64,000 bases of DNA from an uncultured Clostridiaceae bacterium (GTDB lineage Bacteria > Bacillota > Clostridia > TANB77 > CAG-465): contig CAZZFS010000002.1 of the NCBI GenBank assembly GCA_964653805.1, positions 81,768-145,767 of the forward strand, read 5' to 3'. The translations under genes and the position numbers were made by a program. The notes under the pieces were generated by a model. That model was not told the DNA's origin. It made no database searches and saw only the letters and a program-made list of their open reading frames with translations. This document shows positions 1 through 10,010 of this stretch, piece by piece (within the stretch, counting starts at the first letter, position 1; each line of letters begins with the position of its first letter).

Positions 1-430
1 TTTCAATTCTTTTTAATTCTCCACCAGATAATGAGGAATTTATTTCTCTATCTACATATTCTTTAGCACAAAGCCCTACTCTAAAAAGTATTTCACAAGC
101 TTCATTTTTTGTTATTTCTTTTTTTACTGATGAAAGTTTTATCATATCATATACAGTTAAACCTTTAAATCTAACTGGTTGTTGAAGTGCAAAACTAATA
201 CCAAGTCTTGCTCTTTCATCAATATTTAAATTTGTTATATCTACACCATCAAATATAATTTTTCCTGAATCTGGTTTTTCAATACCCATTAAAATTTTAG
301 CAAAAGTTGATTTACCAGAACCATTTGGTCCTGTTATAGCTACAAATTTTTTTTCTTCTATTTTAATATTTATATTATCCAATATTTTTTTGTTTTCTCT
401 TTCAAAACATATATTTTTTAATTCTATCAT
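1..430 (-). CDS. ABC transporter ATP-binding protein (N-terminal part; 3' end runs off the window)
   Basis: My reverse-strand translation from ATG 430-428 reads MIELKNICFERENKK...VAITGPNGSGKST (Walker A) ... LSGGELKRIE (ABC signature). AAGGAGG lies 6 nt upstream of the ATG. Confidence 0.85.
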   Translation of the reverse strand, partial: MIELKNICFERENKKILDNINIKIEEKKFVAITGPNGSGKSTFAKILMGIEKPDSGKIIFDGVDITNLNIDERARLGISFALQQPVRFKGLTVYDMIKLSSVKKEITKNEACEILFRVGLCAKEYVDREINSSLSGGELKRIE

Positions 431-491
431 TTAAATCCTCCTTATACACCATAAACTAATAATATTTTTTTGTTAATTATATAATAAAAAA

Positions 492-517
492 TAATTGTTA
501 GTTTACACTAACAATTA
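492..517 (-). terminator. Rho-independent terminator candidate after the GNAT gene
   Basis: TAATTGTTAG (492-501) pairs perfectly with CTAACAATTA (508-517) around a 6-nt loop. A T run follows on the minus strand. Confidence 0.6.
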
Positions 518-611
518 TACTTCTTTTTTTTATATTTGTCAAACAATAATCCAATTATAATTAAATATAAATTCTTTTTCGTCATTTTTTCTAATTCCAA
601 TTATAATTTTA

Positions 612-1178
612 TTAAATTATTTCTTTATTTTTTATATAACTTTCAGTAAATTCTTCTGCTAAAATATCCATATGTACCACATCATAATATTTACCATTTA
701 CAAAATAACTTTTTCTTCTTCTGCCCATTTCTTTAAAGCCAACTTTTTTATATGCTTTAATTGCTCTTTCATTAAATTCATAAACATATAACATTATATT
801 GTTTAAATTAAGATAATTAAAACCATAATCAAGTAATAATTTTAATATTTGTATACCATAACCTTTGTTTCTATATTCTTCTTCACCAATAAATAATCCA
901 ATCATAGCGGTTCTTTTTGTTTTATCTAAATCCTCAAAACCACAGTTACCAATTAATTTATTACCATCTAAAGTTACTACTGCAAACTGATTTCTTGATT
1001 CTTTTAAACTTTCTTCAAGCCATTGTTTTTCATTTGATAAAGTAATCATATTATAACTTGAACCAATATAATCAGTTGTACTAAAATCATTCATCCATTT
1101 TAAATATATTGGTGCATCCTCTACATTCATTGGTGATAAATATATATTTTCACCAACTAATTTTTTAAAATATTTCAT
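612..1178 (-). CDS. GNAT family N-acetyltransferase (RimJ/RimL-like)
   Basis: 188-aa ORF with a GNAT core pattern (QILKLLLDYGF...ERAIKAYKKVGFKEMG). AAGGTGG RBS upstream. Confidence 0.75.
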   Translation of the reverse strand: MKYFKKLVGENIYLSPMNVEDAPIYLKWMNDFSTTDYIGSSYNMITLSNEKQWLEESLKESRNQFAVVTLDGNKLIGNCGFEDLDKTKRTAMIGLFIGEEEYRNKGYGIQILKLLLDYGFNYLNLNNIMLYVYEFNERAIKAYKKVGFKEMGRRRKSYFVNGKYYDVVHMDILAEEFTESYIKNKEII

Positions 1179-1209
1179 AATATCGCCACCTTTTATTATT
1201 TTATTATTT

Positions 1210-1548
1210 TTAATTATCTATTAAAAGCTTACCACAATATGTATGTCTATTTGTCACTTTTGCACAATCATCACATAATTTTGGTGTATTAGTATTTCCA
1301 TTCATACAACTTTTATTACATATACCACAATTATATGAAGTCATAGCACATCCTCCTATAAGCATATCTCCACAACTTCCATTACAAGTACTAGTTGTTC
1401 CATATAACAAATTACCTGTCATAACTCTTACATCACTTGTATTTAAAATAAAAAGCTTAATTGTAATTATTATTGAAATTACTAAAATAGCAATTACCAC
1501 TAATATAAAACCCATTTTAATACCTTTATTTGTTATTGTTTTGTCCAT
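1210..1548 (-). CDS. Small membrane-anchored cysteine-rich protein (unknown function)
   Basis: Start moved to the internal ATG (MDKTITNK...) preceded by AGGTG. One N-terminal TM helix, then 9 Cys within ~60 aa (CNGSCGD...CGICNKSC...CDDC...). Confidence 0.6.
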   Translation of the reverse strand: MDKTITNKGIKMGFILVVIAILVISIIITIKLFILNTSDVRVMTGNLLYGTTSTCNGSCGDMLIGGCAMTSYNCGICNKSCMNGNTNTPKLCDDCAKVTNRHTYCGKLLIDN

Positions 1549-1610
1549 TTTATACACCTCTAAATTTTTCATTATATAATTAAATTATTATATATCTTTT
1601 GTTTTTAAAA

Positions 1611-2054
1611 TTAATTAAATATATTTTTATTCATAAGATAGTGAGATTTACTTTCACTTTCTAGAACAAAGCCCATTTTAATCCAAAATTTCATTGCTAT
1701 TTCATTTACTTTTAAAACTTCTATATGAATCGGTAGATTATCTTTATTTACTTGTAAATTAACATTATCAAATATCATTTTACCTAACCCTTTATTTTGA
1801 TAATCAGGTAAAATCATAAATTCATTTATAAAAATGTGTGATTTATTTTTTTGAATTGCTACACAACCAATATCTTCATCCTCAAATTCTACAATTAAAT
1901 ATTCTGAATTTTTAAAACTTTCATCAAAAAATTCTTTTTCTACTTCTTCATCAAAACTTCCAAAAGCCTCAATGTAATATTCTTGCATTGTTGTTTCTAA
2001 AACTTCATACAAGAAACTCTGGTCATCTTCATCTGCACTTCTTAAATTTAACAT
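1611..2054 (-). CDS. GNAT family N-acetyltransferase
   Basis: 147-aa ORF with a GNAT pattern (YQNKGLGKMIFD...AMKFWIKMGF). Confidence 0.7.
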   Translation of the reverse strand: MLNLRSADEDDQSFLYEVLETTMQEYYIEAFGSFDEEVEKEFFDESFKNSEYLIVEFEDEDIGCVAIQKNKSHIFINEFMILPDYQNKGLGKMIFDNVNLQVNKDNLPIHIEVLKVNEIAMKFWIKMGFVLESESKSHYLMNKNIFN

Positions 2055-2178
2055 ATTTTATTCCATCTCCTCATTTAATTATATATATAACAAAATAATT
2101 AATATACTCAATTATTTTGATTATAACGATATTTCAATATAAATATTATATTATATTTTGCTTAAATACTCAATGCTT

Positions 2179-2433
2179 TTATTTAAACATATTATAAAAT
2201 TCTTTTAATTCTTCTTTTTTATCTTTTGATAATTCAGTTTTTTTAACATTTAAAATAGCACCCTCTATTGCATATAATCTATTTATACATGCTGAATCAT
2301 CAATTTTTTTTATTTTCAACCAAGCTTCTTTAGCTCCTATTTCTTTTAACTGTTCAAGAGTTTTAATACCCACTTGATTTAATTGTTTTTCAACTTCTTT
2401 ACCTATATTAGGTAACTCAGATAACTTACACAT
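2179..2433 (-). CDS. TfoX C-terminal (helix-hairpin-helix) domain protein
   Basis: LSELPNIGKEVEKQLNQVGIKTLEQLKEIGAKEAWLKI matches the TfoX_C pattern from memory. Start set at the ATG preceded by AGAGGGAG. Confidence 0.6.
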   Translation of the reverse strand: MCKLSELPNIGKEVEKQLNQVGIKTLEQLKEIGAKEAWLKIKKIDDSACINRLYAIEGAILNVKKTELSKDKKEELKEFYNMFK

Positions 2434-2455
2434 TATACTCCCTCTTTTCATTAAT

Positions 2456-3118
2456 TTATACTAAATCTAATTTATCAATATCTATTAATTCATCATCATT
2501 AAAAGTCAACTTAAATATTTCTGGAGTTTTTAATCTATCATTTATTAATACTTTATCTTTATGTTTTGTTTCTTTATTTATAAAATCAAATTCACACCAT
2601 TTCATAAGCATAAATTTAATAGCAGCGCCATGTGTTACTATAGCAATTCTTTTACCAAAATTATTTATTAATAATTCATTAAATGATTTTTCAAATCTTT
2701 CATATGTTTCATTTCTACTTTCACCATTTAAAACTTTCAAATCTCCATCTAATAATTGCTCTGTTGTATAGCTATTTTTTTTAGTTTTCCCTAATTCACT
2801 CAAAATTTTAAGTTCACCCAATTTTCTTTCATTAAAATTCGAATCAATATTTAATTCTATATTATTTTCATAAGCTATATATTTAGCAGTAGCTATTGCT
2901 CTAACATAATTACTACTAACTAGTATATCTATATTTTTCATTTCATTTGTTTTAGATAATTTTTCAGCTGTTTTTTCACCATCAACAGTAAGTATAATTT
3001 TTTCATTATTAATTTGATCGTCTTCATTTATATTTTTTATACCATCTAATTTTAAAGGTTCACAGTGCCTTATTAAATATATAACTGTTTTATTTATAAT
3101 AACATCATCCCATTTCAT
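2456..3118 (-). CDS. Histidine phosphatase (phosphoglycerate mutase) family protein
   Basis: N-terminal IYLIRHCE (RHG-like catalytic motif) and C-terminal VTHGAAIK motif. Confidence 0.65.
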   Translation of the reverse strand: MKWDDVIINKTVIYLIRHCEPLKLDGIKNINEDDQINNEKIILTVDGEKTAEKLSKTNEMKNIDILVSSNYVRAIATAKYIAYENNIELNIDSNFNERKLGELKILSELGKTKKNSYTTEQLLDGDLKVLNGESRNETYERFEKSFNELLINNFGKRIAIVTHGAAIKFMLMKWCEFDFINKETKHKDKVLINDRLKTPEIFKLTFNDDELIDIDKLDLV

Positions 3119-3184
3119 ATATAATATTATTATATCATAATTTGTATAATTTTGGAATATTTTCGTTATATATTACAGAAAAAT

Positions 3185-3223
3185 AAAAGATTAAATATGT
3201 GTTTTAAACATATTTAATCTTTT
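3185..3223 (-). terminator. Rho-independent terminator candidate
   Basis: 15-bp perfect stem, AAAAGATTAAATATG with CATATTTAATCTTTT. T run downstream on the minus strand, just after the stop at 3248. Confidence 0.65.
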
Positions 3224-3247
3224 ATTTTATTTTTTTTATTTTTTTTA

Positions 3248-3886
3248 TTATTTTTTATTATTTTTTTTGTTTTTCGTTTTCTTGTTTTTTTTGTTTTTGT
3301 TAAGTTCCTCGTTTTTATTCAGCTCTTTTTCAAGTTTTGAATAAAATTCAATTTCCATTAATTCACTTCTTAGTCTGTCATAAAGTTTGTGGAGTTTAGG
3401 ATCTACCCATTTCATCCACTCTTTACGTTCGTTTCTCACCATCATTTCACGAAGCATTGTAGCTGAAATTGGAAGTCTACTTCTTGGTACAATAAACTCT
3501 GAAGTGTCTTTAATATCATTAGGATCAAACCATTTGCTTCTTGATTCATCATTCCCGTAAATCATAAGCTCTGGAGCTTTATGTAGATATCTTTCAAGAT
3601 TATCTAACAAATATCGCCCCCATTCAACTCTGATATCATTTTCATCAGTTAAATCACTAAGTCCATATACAAAAACATTTTTGTTGTCACCATAAATGGC
3701 TTTAATAACTTCTGTTCTTGTACTAATATTGAATGGATTACGCTCAGTACCGCATTCCTGCGATGAACCTACAAGTATAAACATTCTATCACAAAGACCA
3801 AGTCCAGTTTCAACTAAACTTTGATGTCCTTTATGGAAAGTTTGAAATCTGCCTACCAACAAACCGCTATCATAAGGTTTTGACAT
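3248..3886 (-). CDS. Cytidylyltransferase-fold nicotinamide-nucleotide adenylyltransferase-like protein with a K/N-rich tail
   Basis: GRFQTFHKGH (HxGH nucleotidyltransferase motif) near the N-terminus. The C-terminus is low complexity (NKNKKNKKTKNKKNNKK). Confidence 0.6.
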   Translation of the reverse strand: MSKPYDSGLLVGRFQTFHKGHQSLVETGLGLCDRMFILVGSSQECGTERNPFNISTRTEVIKAIYGDNKNVFVYGLSDLTDENDIRVEWGRYLLDNLERYLHKAPELMIYGNDESRSKWFDPNDIKDTSEFIVPRSRLPISATMLREMMVRNERKEWMKWVDPKLHKLYDRLRSELMEIEFYSKLEKELNKNEELNKNKKNKKTKNKKNNKK

Positions 3887-3957
3887 TAATTTTCCCTCCT
3901 CAAATTATTGATTAGTTTTATTGATAAAAATTAAAACTTTATTAAACCTATTTTATA

Positions 3958-4767
3958 TTAAAGTTTAATAAGTTCTGGTTTTCTTGATTCAAAAACAGCA
4001 TAATGTGTATACCCTATATGTTTTATAATACTAACTGCTTTTGAAAAATCACCACAAATATCTTCACATTTGTGAGCATCCGAACCTATAGTAATAAGCT
4101 TACCTCCTAACTCTTTATACCTAGTTAATATTTCAAGATTGGGATGAAAATATTCCAATCCATATCTATATCCAGCAGTGTTTATTTCAATACCTTTTTC
4201 TTTTCTTACAAGTAATTTAAGTATTTTATCAAGTATTTCACAATACTCAAAATACTCGATTTTTTTCTTCTCATATCCACCATATCTAACAATATAGTCT
4301 AGGTGACCATAAACATCAAACTCATCAAAAAGTTCTATATTCTTTAATACTTCATTAAAGTATTTTAAATATGCTTCTTTTTGAGTTAAACCATCAAAGA
4401 AACTTTTGTCACTTGCAATATCTTTTTTACAAGTAATATGTGAAGATCCGATTATGAAATCAAATTCATAATTACTAACCATACCCTTTATATTTTGTAC
4501 TATATCAGGCTGCAAACCAATTTCTATTCCTAACTTTAAACTTATTTTACTTTGATATTTCTCTTTATAGTAATTAAAAACCTCAACATAATTTTTTACA
4601 TCAAGAACCTTTAAATCACTATTAATTACTCCTTCATAAACATCATAATGTTCAGTAAAACAAAGTTCTTTTAATCCTAAGTCAATTGCATTTTCAATTT
4701 GTTCTTCCATTGTGGATATACCATCATGCGATAATGTAGTATGTAAATGATAATCTGTATAAATCAT
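3958..4767 (-). CDS. HisJ-family histidinol-phosphatase / PHP domain protein
   Basis: N-terminal DYHLHT...SHDG and later GSDAH motifs are typical of PHP-fold HisJ phosphatases. Confidence 0.7.
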   Translation of the reverse strand: MIYTDYHLHTTLSHDGISTMEEQIENAIDLGLKELCFTEHYDVYEGVINSDLKVLDVKNYVEVFNYYKEKYQSKISLKLGIEIGLQPDIVQNIKGMVSNYEFDFIIGSSHITCKKDIASDKSFFDGLTQKEAYLKYFNEVLKNIELFDEFDVYGHLDYIVRYGGYEKKKIEYFEYCEILDKILKLLVRKEKGIEINTAGYRYGLEYFHPNLEILTRYKELGGKLITIGSDAHKCEDICGDFSKAVSIIKHIGYTHYAVFESRKPELIKL

Positions 4768-4901
4768 TTATGTACCTCTTTCATCTTGTATATTTTTTAA
4801 ATCTACTTAAATCACAATTTTTATTATCCTCCCAAAAATTATTTTTTTAGAACTTTTTGTTTTTTATTATGTCTATTATACCACTATTTTAGTCAAATTA
4901 C

Positions 4902-4935
4902 AATAAGGATATTGCTAAATTGCAATACCCTTATT
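4902..4935 (-). terminator. Stem-loop after the flavodoxin-like gene
   Basis: 14-bp stem (AATAAGGATATTGC with GCAATACCCTTATT). The one mismatch becomes G-U in minus-strand RNA. The trailing T run is weak. Confidence 0.4.
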
Positions 4936-4959
4936 ATCTATAACTATAATTATATAAAT

Positions 4960-5646
4960 TTATTTTTTTAACCATCCATTTTTTACCCAATGATCTCTAT
5001 CAAGTTTATTCCAAGTATTATTTTTTTGCATCATTTTCATAATATTTAACATGATTTTTGTTTTAAATGATTTTTTACCTATTCCATTTAACCTTTTAAT
5101 TTTATTTGATAATACAGTTGTCTCTCTTTCAATATCTTGCTTTATTTTTTCAGATATATCATTATAATTATTTACTGACACTATCTTGCTGTACTTAAAT
5201 ACTTTTGAAATACCCCACCAATTCATTTGTTGTTTTATATCTTTAGTAGTTTTTTTAGCACCTGCTCCAGCAGTTGTAGAAACAACAACTCCTATTTTAT
5301 TAAACATATATGGATTAGGTCTATGAGGTAACCACATATATCCTAAATGATCAAAAAAAGTTTTAAGTTGTCCTGTCATAGTATAACAATATGTAGGAGA
5401 ATCAATTATAATTACTTGTGATTTCTCCATAGCTTCAACAATTTTTTGAATTTCATCACTAGCTATACATTTATATTCACCTTTATAGAAACATTGATAA
5501 CAACCAACACAAAACTTTGACATATCTCTAGGTAGATAAAATTCATTTATATTATTTTCTTCCATAAGTAATTTTTCTATTATTTTTTTAGTAATATTAT
5601 ATGTGCTACCTTTATGTACTTGACCATGTATAACTGTTATTTCCAT
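4960..5646 (-). CDS. Flavodoxin-like NAD(P)H-dependent FMN oxidoreductase family protein
   Basis: VIHGQVHKGSTY...CVGCYQC...IIIDSPTYCYTMTGQLKTFFD matches the flavodoxin_2 / iron-sulfur flavoprotein pattern. Confidence 0.6.
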   Translation of the reverse strand: MEITVIHGQVHKGSTYNITKKIIEKLLMEENNINEFYLPRDMSKFCVGCYQCFYKGEYKCIASDEIQKIVEAMEKSQVIIIDSPTYCYTMTGQLKTFFDHLGYMWLPHRPNPYMFNKIGVVVSTTAGAGAKKTTKDIKQQMNWWGISKVFKYSKIVSVNNYNDISEKIKQDIERETTVLSNKIKRLNGIGKKSFKTKIMLNIMKMMQKNNTWNKLDRDHWVKNGWLKK

Positions 5647-5689
5647 ATTAATCCTCCAATGTTTTTATATTTATAATTACTTTATTTTT

Positions 5690-6373
5690 TTATCTACACT
5701 CAATAGTTTTATTTGCTTTTTCAATAGCTTTAAATTTTTCTTGTTGAAGTTTAAACATTTCATCATATTCAATATTATTTAATTCTTTACAATCAGCATA
5801 TAAATCATGAATTATATTTATCATATCAATTCCATAATGTTTTAAACTTGGTCTATCCATATGAAATCTAATATTATTATTTCTAATTCTCATATCCTTA
5901 TTATTAATTCTATTTTCATTAAAACACAATAAATAATTATTTTCAATTTTTTTTATTGTTAATTTATTAAATTGTTTTTCGTTTTTTTCTTCAAAATTAT
6001 CCCTTATTGAATCAGCAGAATACAATGAAAATTCAGGTTCATTTGATAAGATTTTTTCTAAACCTTTAAATTCAAAATCATCTATTTTTTCAACATCATC
6101 TCCAAAATTAGAAACAAAATCTTTATACCCTTTTGCAATTTCTTTATGCAATTTATTAAAAACCATATATAAATCATTTTCTTCATCTTTATTTATTTCA
6201 AATTCACCATATTTATAGTCTAACCCATTTTCACTAAAATTCTTACATGATAAATATATATCACCGTTTCCTTTATAATTATTAAATACTGTTAATTCTT
6301 TAAAATCATTTTCATTACATTTCCCAATATGAACTTTATCATCATTTTCAATCGCTATATTCAATTTAAACAC
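5690..6373 (-). CDS. Hypothetical protein
   Basis: 227-aa ORF with an apparent GTG start, co-oriented with its neighbours. I recognise no motif. Confidence 0.5.
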   Translation of the reverse strand: MFKLNIAIENDDKVHIGKCNENDFKELTVFNNYKGNGDIYLSCKNFSENGLDYKYGEFEINKDEENDLYMVFNKLHKEIAKGYKDFVSNFGDDVEKIDDFEFKGLEKILSNEPEFSLYSADSIRDNFEEKNEKQFNKLTIKKIENNYLLCFNENRINNKDMRIRNNNIRFHMDRPSLKHYGIDMINIIHDLYADCKELNNIEYDEMFKLQQEKFKAIEKANKTIECR

Positions 6374-6389
6374 CTACTCTTCCATTATA

Positions 6390-6836
6390 TTATATATTTT
6401 TTTCTAAATTTATTCTATTATCAATAACAAATTCTTTTTCTTCTACACTTACTAAATTAAAATCATTTTTTATTAAAAAACTTAACATTTCTCTTCTACT
6501 ATTTCTAGTTTTAATTTTTATACAAGCATATCCTTTTTCTTTTGCCCATTTATCTTGATAGTGCATTAAATATTTCAATGCACCCATTCTTCTATAATTA
6601 TTATCAACACCGGCCATCCAACAATAAAAACTTTTCCCATCATTAAATCTATCATAACTAACAATATATCCTATTGGTAAATCTTTATAATATGCAACAA
6701 TTATCAATTTTTCTAAATCTTTATATCTATCTTCAAAGTATTCTTTTGTAGAATCTAAAGCATCAAATTCTAAAACATTTTTGTGAACTTTCATAACTTC
6801 TTCTATATTTACTTCTTTAATAATTATATCATTCAT
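6390..6836 (-). CDS. GNAT family N-acetyltransferase
   Basis: YRRMGALKYLMHYQDKWAKEKGY... is a GNAT acetyl-CoA-binding pattern. Confidence 0.7.
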   Translation of the reverse strand: MNDIIIKEVNIEEVMKVHKNVLEFDALDSTKEYFEDRYKDLEKLIIVAYYKDLPIGYIVSYDRFNDGKSFYCWMAGVDNNYRRMGALKYLMHYQDKWAKEKGYACIKIKTRNSRREMLSFLIKNDFNLVSVEEKEFVIDNRINLEKNI

Positions 6837-6868
6837 ATGATAACCTCCTAATTTTCATATTAATTTAT

Positions 6869-7135
6869 TTACAATTTTATTTTGTGAGCTGTAATAATCG
6901 TATAACTATATGAATTAACAGTTATTTTACAATTCTCTATATCTACATACCAATTCTTACCTTTTTTAATTATTACGCTATTTTTATCTTTTATTTTTTC
7001 TTTGCACCACTCAACAACAGTATCATGTTCTAATGTTAAATCTAAACTAAGATTTTTTATTATTCTTTCTATGCCCATTTTAGTTGTATGTAATTTATCT
7101 AAATTTGAAATTAAAATCTCACTATTATTATCCAC
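6869..7135 (-). CDS. DUF3781-like small protein
   Basis: The pattern LHTTKMGIERIIKNL...NWYV...ITVNSYSYTIITAHK resembles DUF3781, from memory. Confidence 0.5.
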   Translation of the reverse strand: MDNNSEILISNLDKLHTTKMGIERIIKNLSLDLTLEHDTVVEWCKEKIKDKNSVIIKKGKNWYVDIENCKITVNSYSYTIITAHKIKL

Positions 7136-7184
7136 GTTTATATCTCCTTTTTATTTAATAATTCACTTTGTATCTTAAATCTAA

Positions 7185-7859
7185 CTATTTTAATTTTGTA
7201 TAATAATCTTCTTCCCAATCAAATCTTTTACCACTAGTTCTTAAATAATTAAATGAACCATATATATAATTTTTATCTCTTAAAATCTCTATCTTTTCCA
7301 CTTCTTCTAAATTTATTTTCCAAACACAACCCTGTAAAACATCACTATCATTTGTAATAGCTTTATCAAAACTTTTCTTTATTTTATTACACATTTCTAA
7401 AAAAACATTATCTTTTCTAAAAGTTTTAAATTTATCTCTTCTTACAAAAGCCTTTAATTCTTCTTTTGTAATATTTTTATTTTTTAATTCATTGTCAAAT
7501 AATTCTTTATCTTTTTTACTATCCGGAATGTATAAATTATTTAATATAAAAGAATATCTTCTAAAATCAGTTGTAAACACTTCATTTTTATTTTTATTAA
7601 ATGTTATTTTAACATCAAATCCTTCAACTGGATTACCTTTATGTTTTGGTGGACAAATTCCATTTTTAAATTTTACCCATGCCCATAAAGGGTATTTTAC
7701 ATTATGAATGTTTGGTATTTTTTCATTCATATTTTCTAAAACCCACTCATATGCATAACCCGATTTTTTTAAATCAACATATTCTTCATTAAATTCTAAA
7801 TATCCATCTTTAATTAATTTTTTTAAAGCATCACTTGTTTGGAAAGTTATTAATTTCAT
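7185..7859 (-). CDS. DUF3841-like protein
   Basis: MKLITFQT...YPLWAWV... at the N-terminus resembles DUF3841, from memory. Confidence 0.5.
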   Translation of the reverse strand: MKLITFQTSDALKKLIKDGYLEFNEEYVDLKKSGYAYEWVLENMNEKIPNIHNVKYPLWAWVKFKNGICPPKHKGNPVEGFDVKITFNKNKNEVFTTDFRRYSFILNNLYIPDSKKDKELFDNELKNKNITKEELKAFVRRDKFKTFRKDNVFLEMCNKIKKSFDKAITNDSDVLQGCVWKINLEEVEKIEILRDKNYIYGSFNYLRTSGKRFDWEEDYYTKLK

Positions 7860-7977
7860 AAAATCATCTCACTTTCAAATTAATATTTATGTATAAATTA
7901 ATTATTTATTTTTATGTGCTTTTTAATTTAATACAGTATACTATATTATTGCAGAATTCACAATCCATTATTCAAAT

Positions 7978-8011
7978 AAAAAAGAAGCAATTAAAAAATC
8001 GCTTCTTTTTT
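7978..8011 (-). terminator. Bidirectional-type terminator hairpin
   Basis: AGAAGC (7983-7988) pairs with GCTTCT (8001-8006), flanked by an A run and a T run. It lies just after the stop at 8038. Confidence 0.55.
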
Positions 8012-8037
8012 GGATGTATTTTATAATTTCAAAAACT

Positions 8038-8313
8038 TTAAATTATAAAATAATAACAACCGCCTAAATCTTCACAAACTAAATTTGAATCCATCCAATG
8101 TTGTATTAATCTTTCCACTTCTTTTTCTTTAGATAAACTTGGATCAATTTTTTTAACTTCTTCATTTAATTGTTTTAATTTAAATGTTTTAAACTTTTCT
8201 TTAGAGTTTTCTTGTAGTTTTTTTGCCATACAATAAACAAAAAGATTAAAATTCTTTTCAAAACTAATTTTTGTTACAGGAATTTCACATACTCCTATCG
8301 CATCCGTAATCAT
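8038..8313 (-). CDS. Hypothetical protein
   Basis: 91-aa ORF in the co-oriented gene series. No recognisable motif. Confidence 0.45.
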   Translation of the reverse strand: MITDAIGVCEIPVTKISFEKNFNLFVYCMAKKLQENSKEKFKTFKLKQLNEEVKKIDPSLSKEKEVERLIQHWMDSNLVCEDLGGCYYFII

Positions 8314-8461
8314 TTTTTTTCCTCCATAAAAATTATTTTATAAATAAAAGTTCTTATTCATATTTCATATTATATCATTAATTTAATAATTGTAAATACA
8401 TATCTTTACATTGTTTTTTTATTATTTTTAAACTGTGTTAATAAATTAACTTCAATCTCCA

Positions 8462-8917
8462 CTATATTTTATTTTTTCTATAATTTATTAAAAAAGGTTT
8501 AAAATCATATTTAAGATATAGTGCCTTTGCAGCTTCATTGTTTTCAAAAGCTTTAACTTCAACAATTTCTATATTAAGTTTCTTTAATTCATTAAAAAAA
8601 TTATCAATTAAATTTGTTGCGATTTTTCTATTTCTATATCCATTATCTACGTACAAAAAACAAATATTGCCAACTGGTTTTAAAAAACTTGTTTTATTTT
8701 CAATAACTCCATATAAAAAGCCTAACACATTATTGTTTTCTAGTGCAGCTAATAATATTTTATTTTCATCTAACAAATCATTTGCAAAACTATTATTTTT
8801 TTCTTTTGTTTTATAATTTGCATCGTATGTTTTTTCACTTTCTAAAAATTTTAAAAATAATTTATCACACTCTTCAACCAATTCTTTATTTTCAAAAGTT
8901 AGTTTTTGTATATCCAT
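8462..8917 (-). CDS. GNAT family N-acetyltransferase
   Basis: YRNRKIATNLIDNFFNELKK...AAKALYLKYDF is a GNAT pattern. Confidence 0.7.
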   Translation of the reverse strand: MDIQKLTFENKELVEECDKLFLKFLESEKTYDANYKTKEKNNSFANDLLDENKILLAALENNNVLGFLYGVIENKTSFLKPVGNICFLYVDNGYRNRKIATNLIDNFFNELKKLNIEIVEVKAFENNEAAKALYLKYDFKPFLINYRKNKI

Positions 8918-8948
8918 AATTTCTCCTTATATTATGATAAAAACAATT

Positions 8949-9912
8949 TTACATATCTATTAATATATTCATAATCAAATCAATTATTACATCTTTTTCT
9001 TTTGAACTTGACTGTGCTACAAATAATGTAATTGCAACTAATGTTTTTGGATCTACTATGTTTTTATCATCTTTTTTTAATAATCCATAAAAGTTAAGAA
9101 AATATAAAAACATAGTTGCACCAATTCTTTTATTACCATCTATAAATACATGATTTTTAACTACTAAATACAAAAAATTACATGCTTTCTCTTCTATACT
9201 TGGATATATTTCTTGACCATCAAATTCTTGATATATGTTATTTATAATTGATTCTAGTCCGTCTATCTCTTTCTACACCAAATATATCACTACTTTTTTT
9301 AAAAGACATTTTATTTATTATTTCTAAACAATCTTCATATTTAATTCTTTTACTTAAATCAATGTTACCTTTTAATTTTTCTATTGTTTTAGTATCATAT
9401 TTTTCTAATGTTTCTAAAGCTTTTGTATATTCAGAAATTATTTTAATCATATTATAGCTTTCATCACTTCTTAAATCTTCATCAAGTCTAGTAGCTATAT
9501 CAATTAATTTTATTGTCTTTTCTAAATATTCTAATCTTTTTTTATTTACAGCATATCCTTTTAACATATAATCTTTTAATATTTTATTTGCCCATATTCT
9601 AAATTTTATACCTTTATTAGACTTTACCCTATATCCAACACTAATTATCATGTCTAAACTATAATATTCTACATTTCTTGTTACTTCTCTTTCGCCTTCT
9701 ATTCCAACTGTCGCAAATTTTGCGACAGTTGGAATATTTTCTAGTTCCTCTTTTAAAGCATTATTTATGTGTTTACCTATTGTTTTTACATCTCTATCAA
9801 AAAGTTCTGCCATTTGTTGCCTATTCAACCAAACTGATTCATCTTTAACATTCACTTCAAGGTTTACTTTTTCATCTTCAAATAAAATTATTTCATTTTT
9901 ATTTTTAATCAT
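8949..9912 (-). pseudogene. RhuM-like N-terminal region fused to a Doc/Fic (death-on-curing) domain, disrupted by a frameshift
   Basis: The upstream ORF (MIKNKNEIILFED...WLNRQQMAELF...) ends ...FGVERDRRTRINYK*. Another frame, open from 9272, continues KEIDGLESIINNIYQEFDGQEIYPSIEEKACNFLYLVVKNHVFIDGNKRIG (Doc motif). The frames overlap at 9238-9272. Confidence 0.7.
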
Positions 9913-10010
9913 ATCAACACTTCCTTTCAAAAACATTATACCAAACATTTGTTTTAAATACAATATTTTCATTAGATTTTGTTGAACTTTTCATCGCAAA
10001 ATACGACAAT

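Noticed and set aside
3248-3330. K/N-rich C-terminal tail of the adenylyltransferase-like protein, encoded by long A/T homopolymers
   Set aside because: I considered a read-through or frameshift artefact. The frame is continuous from the catalytic domain, and such low-complexity tails are common in very AT-rich genomes. It is kept as part of the CDS.
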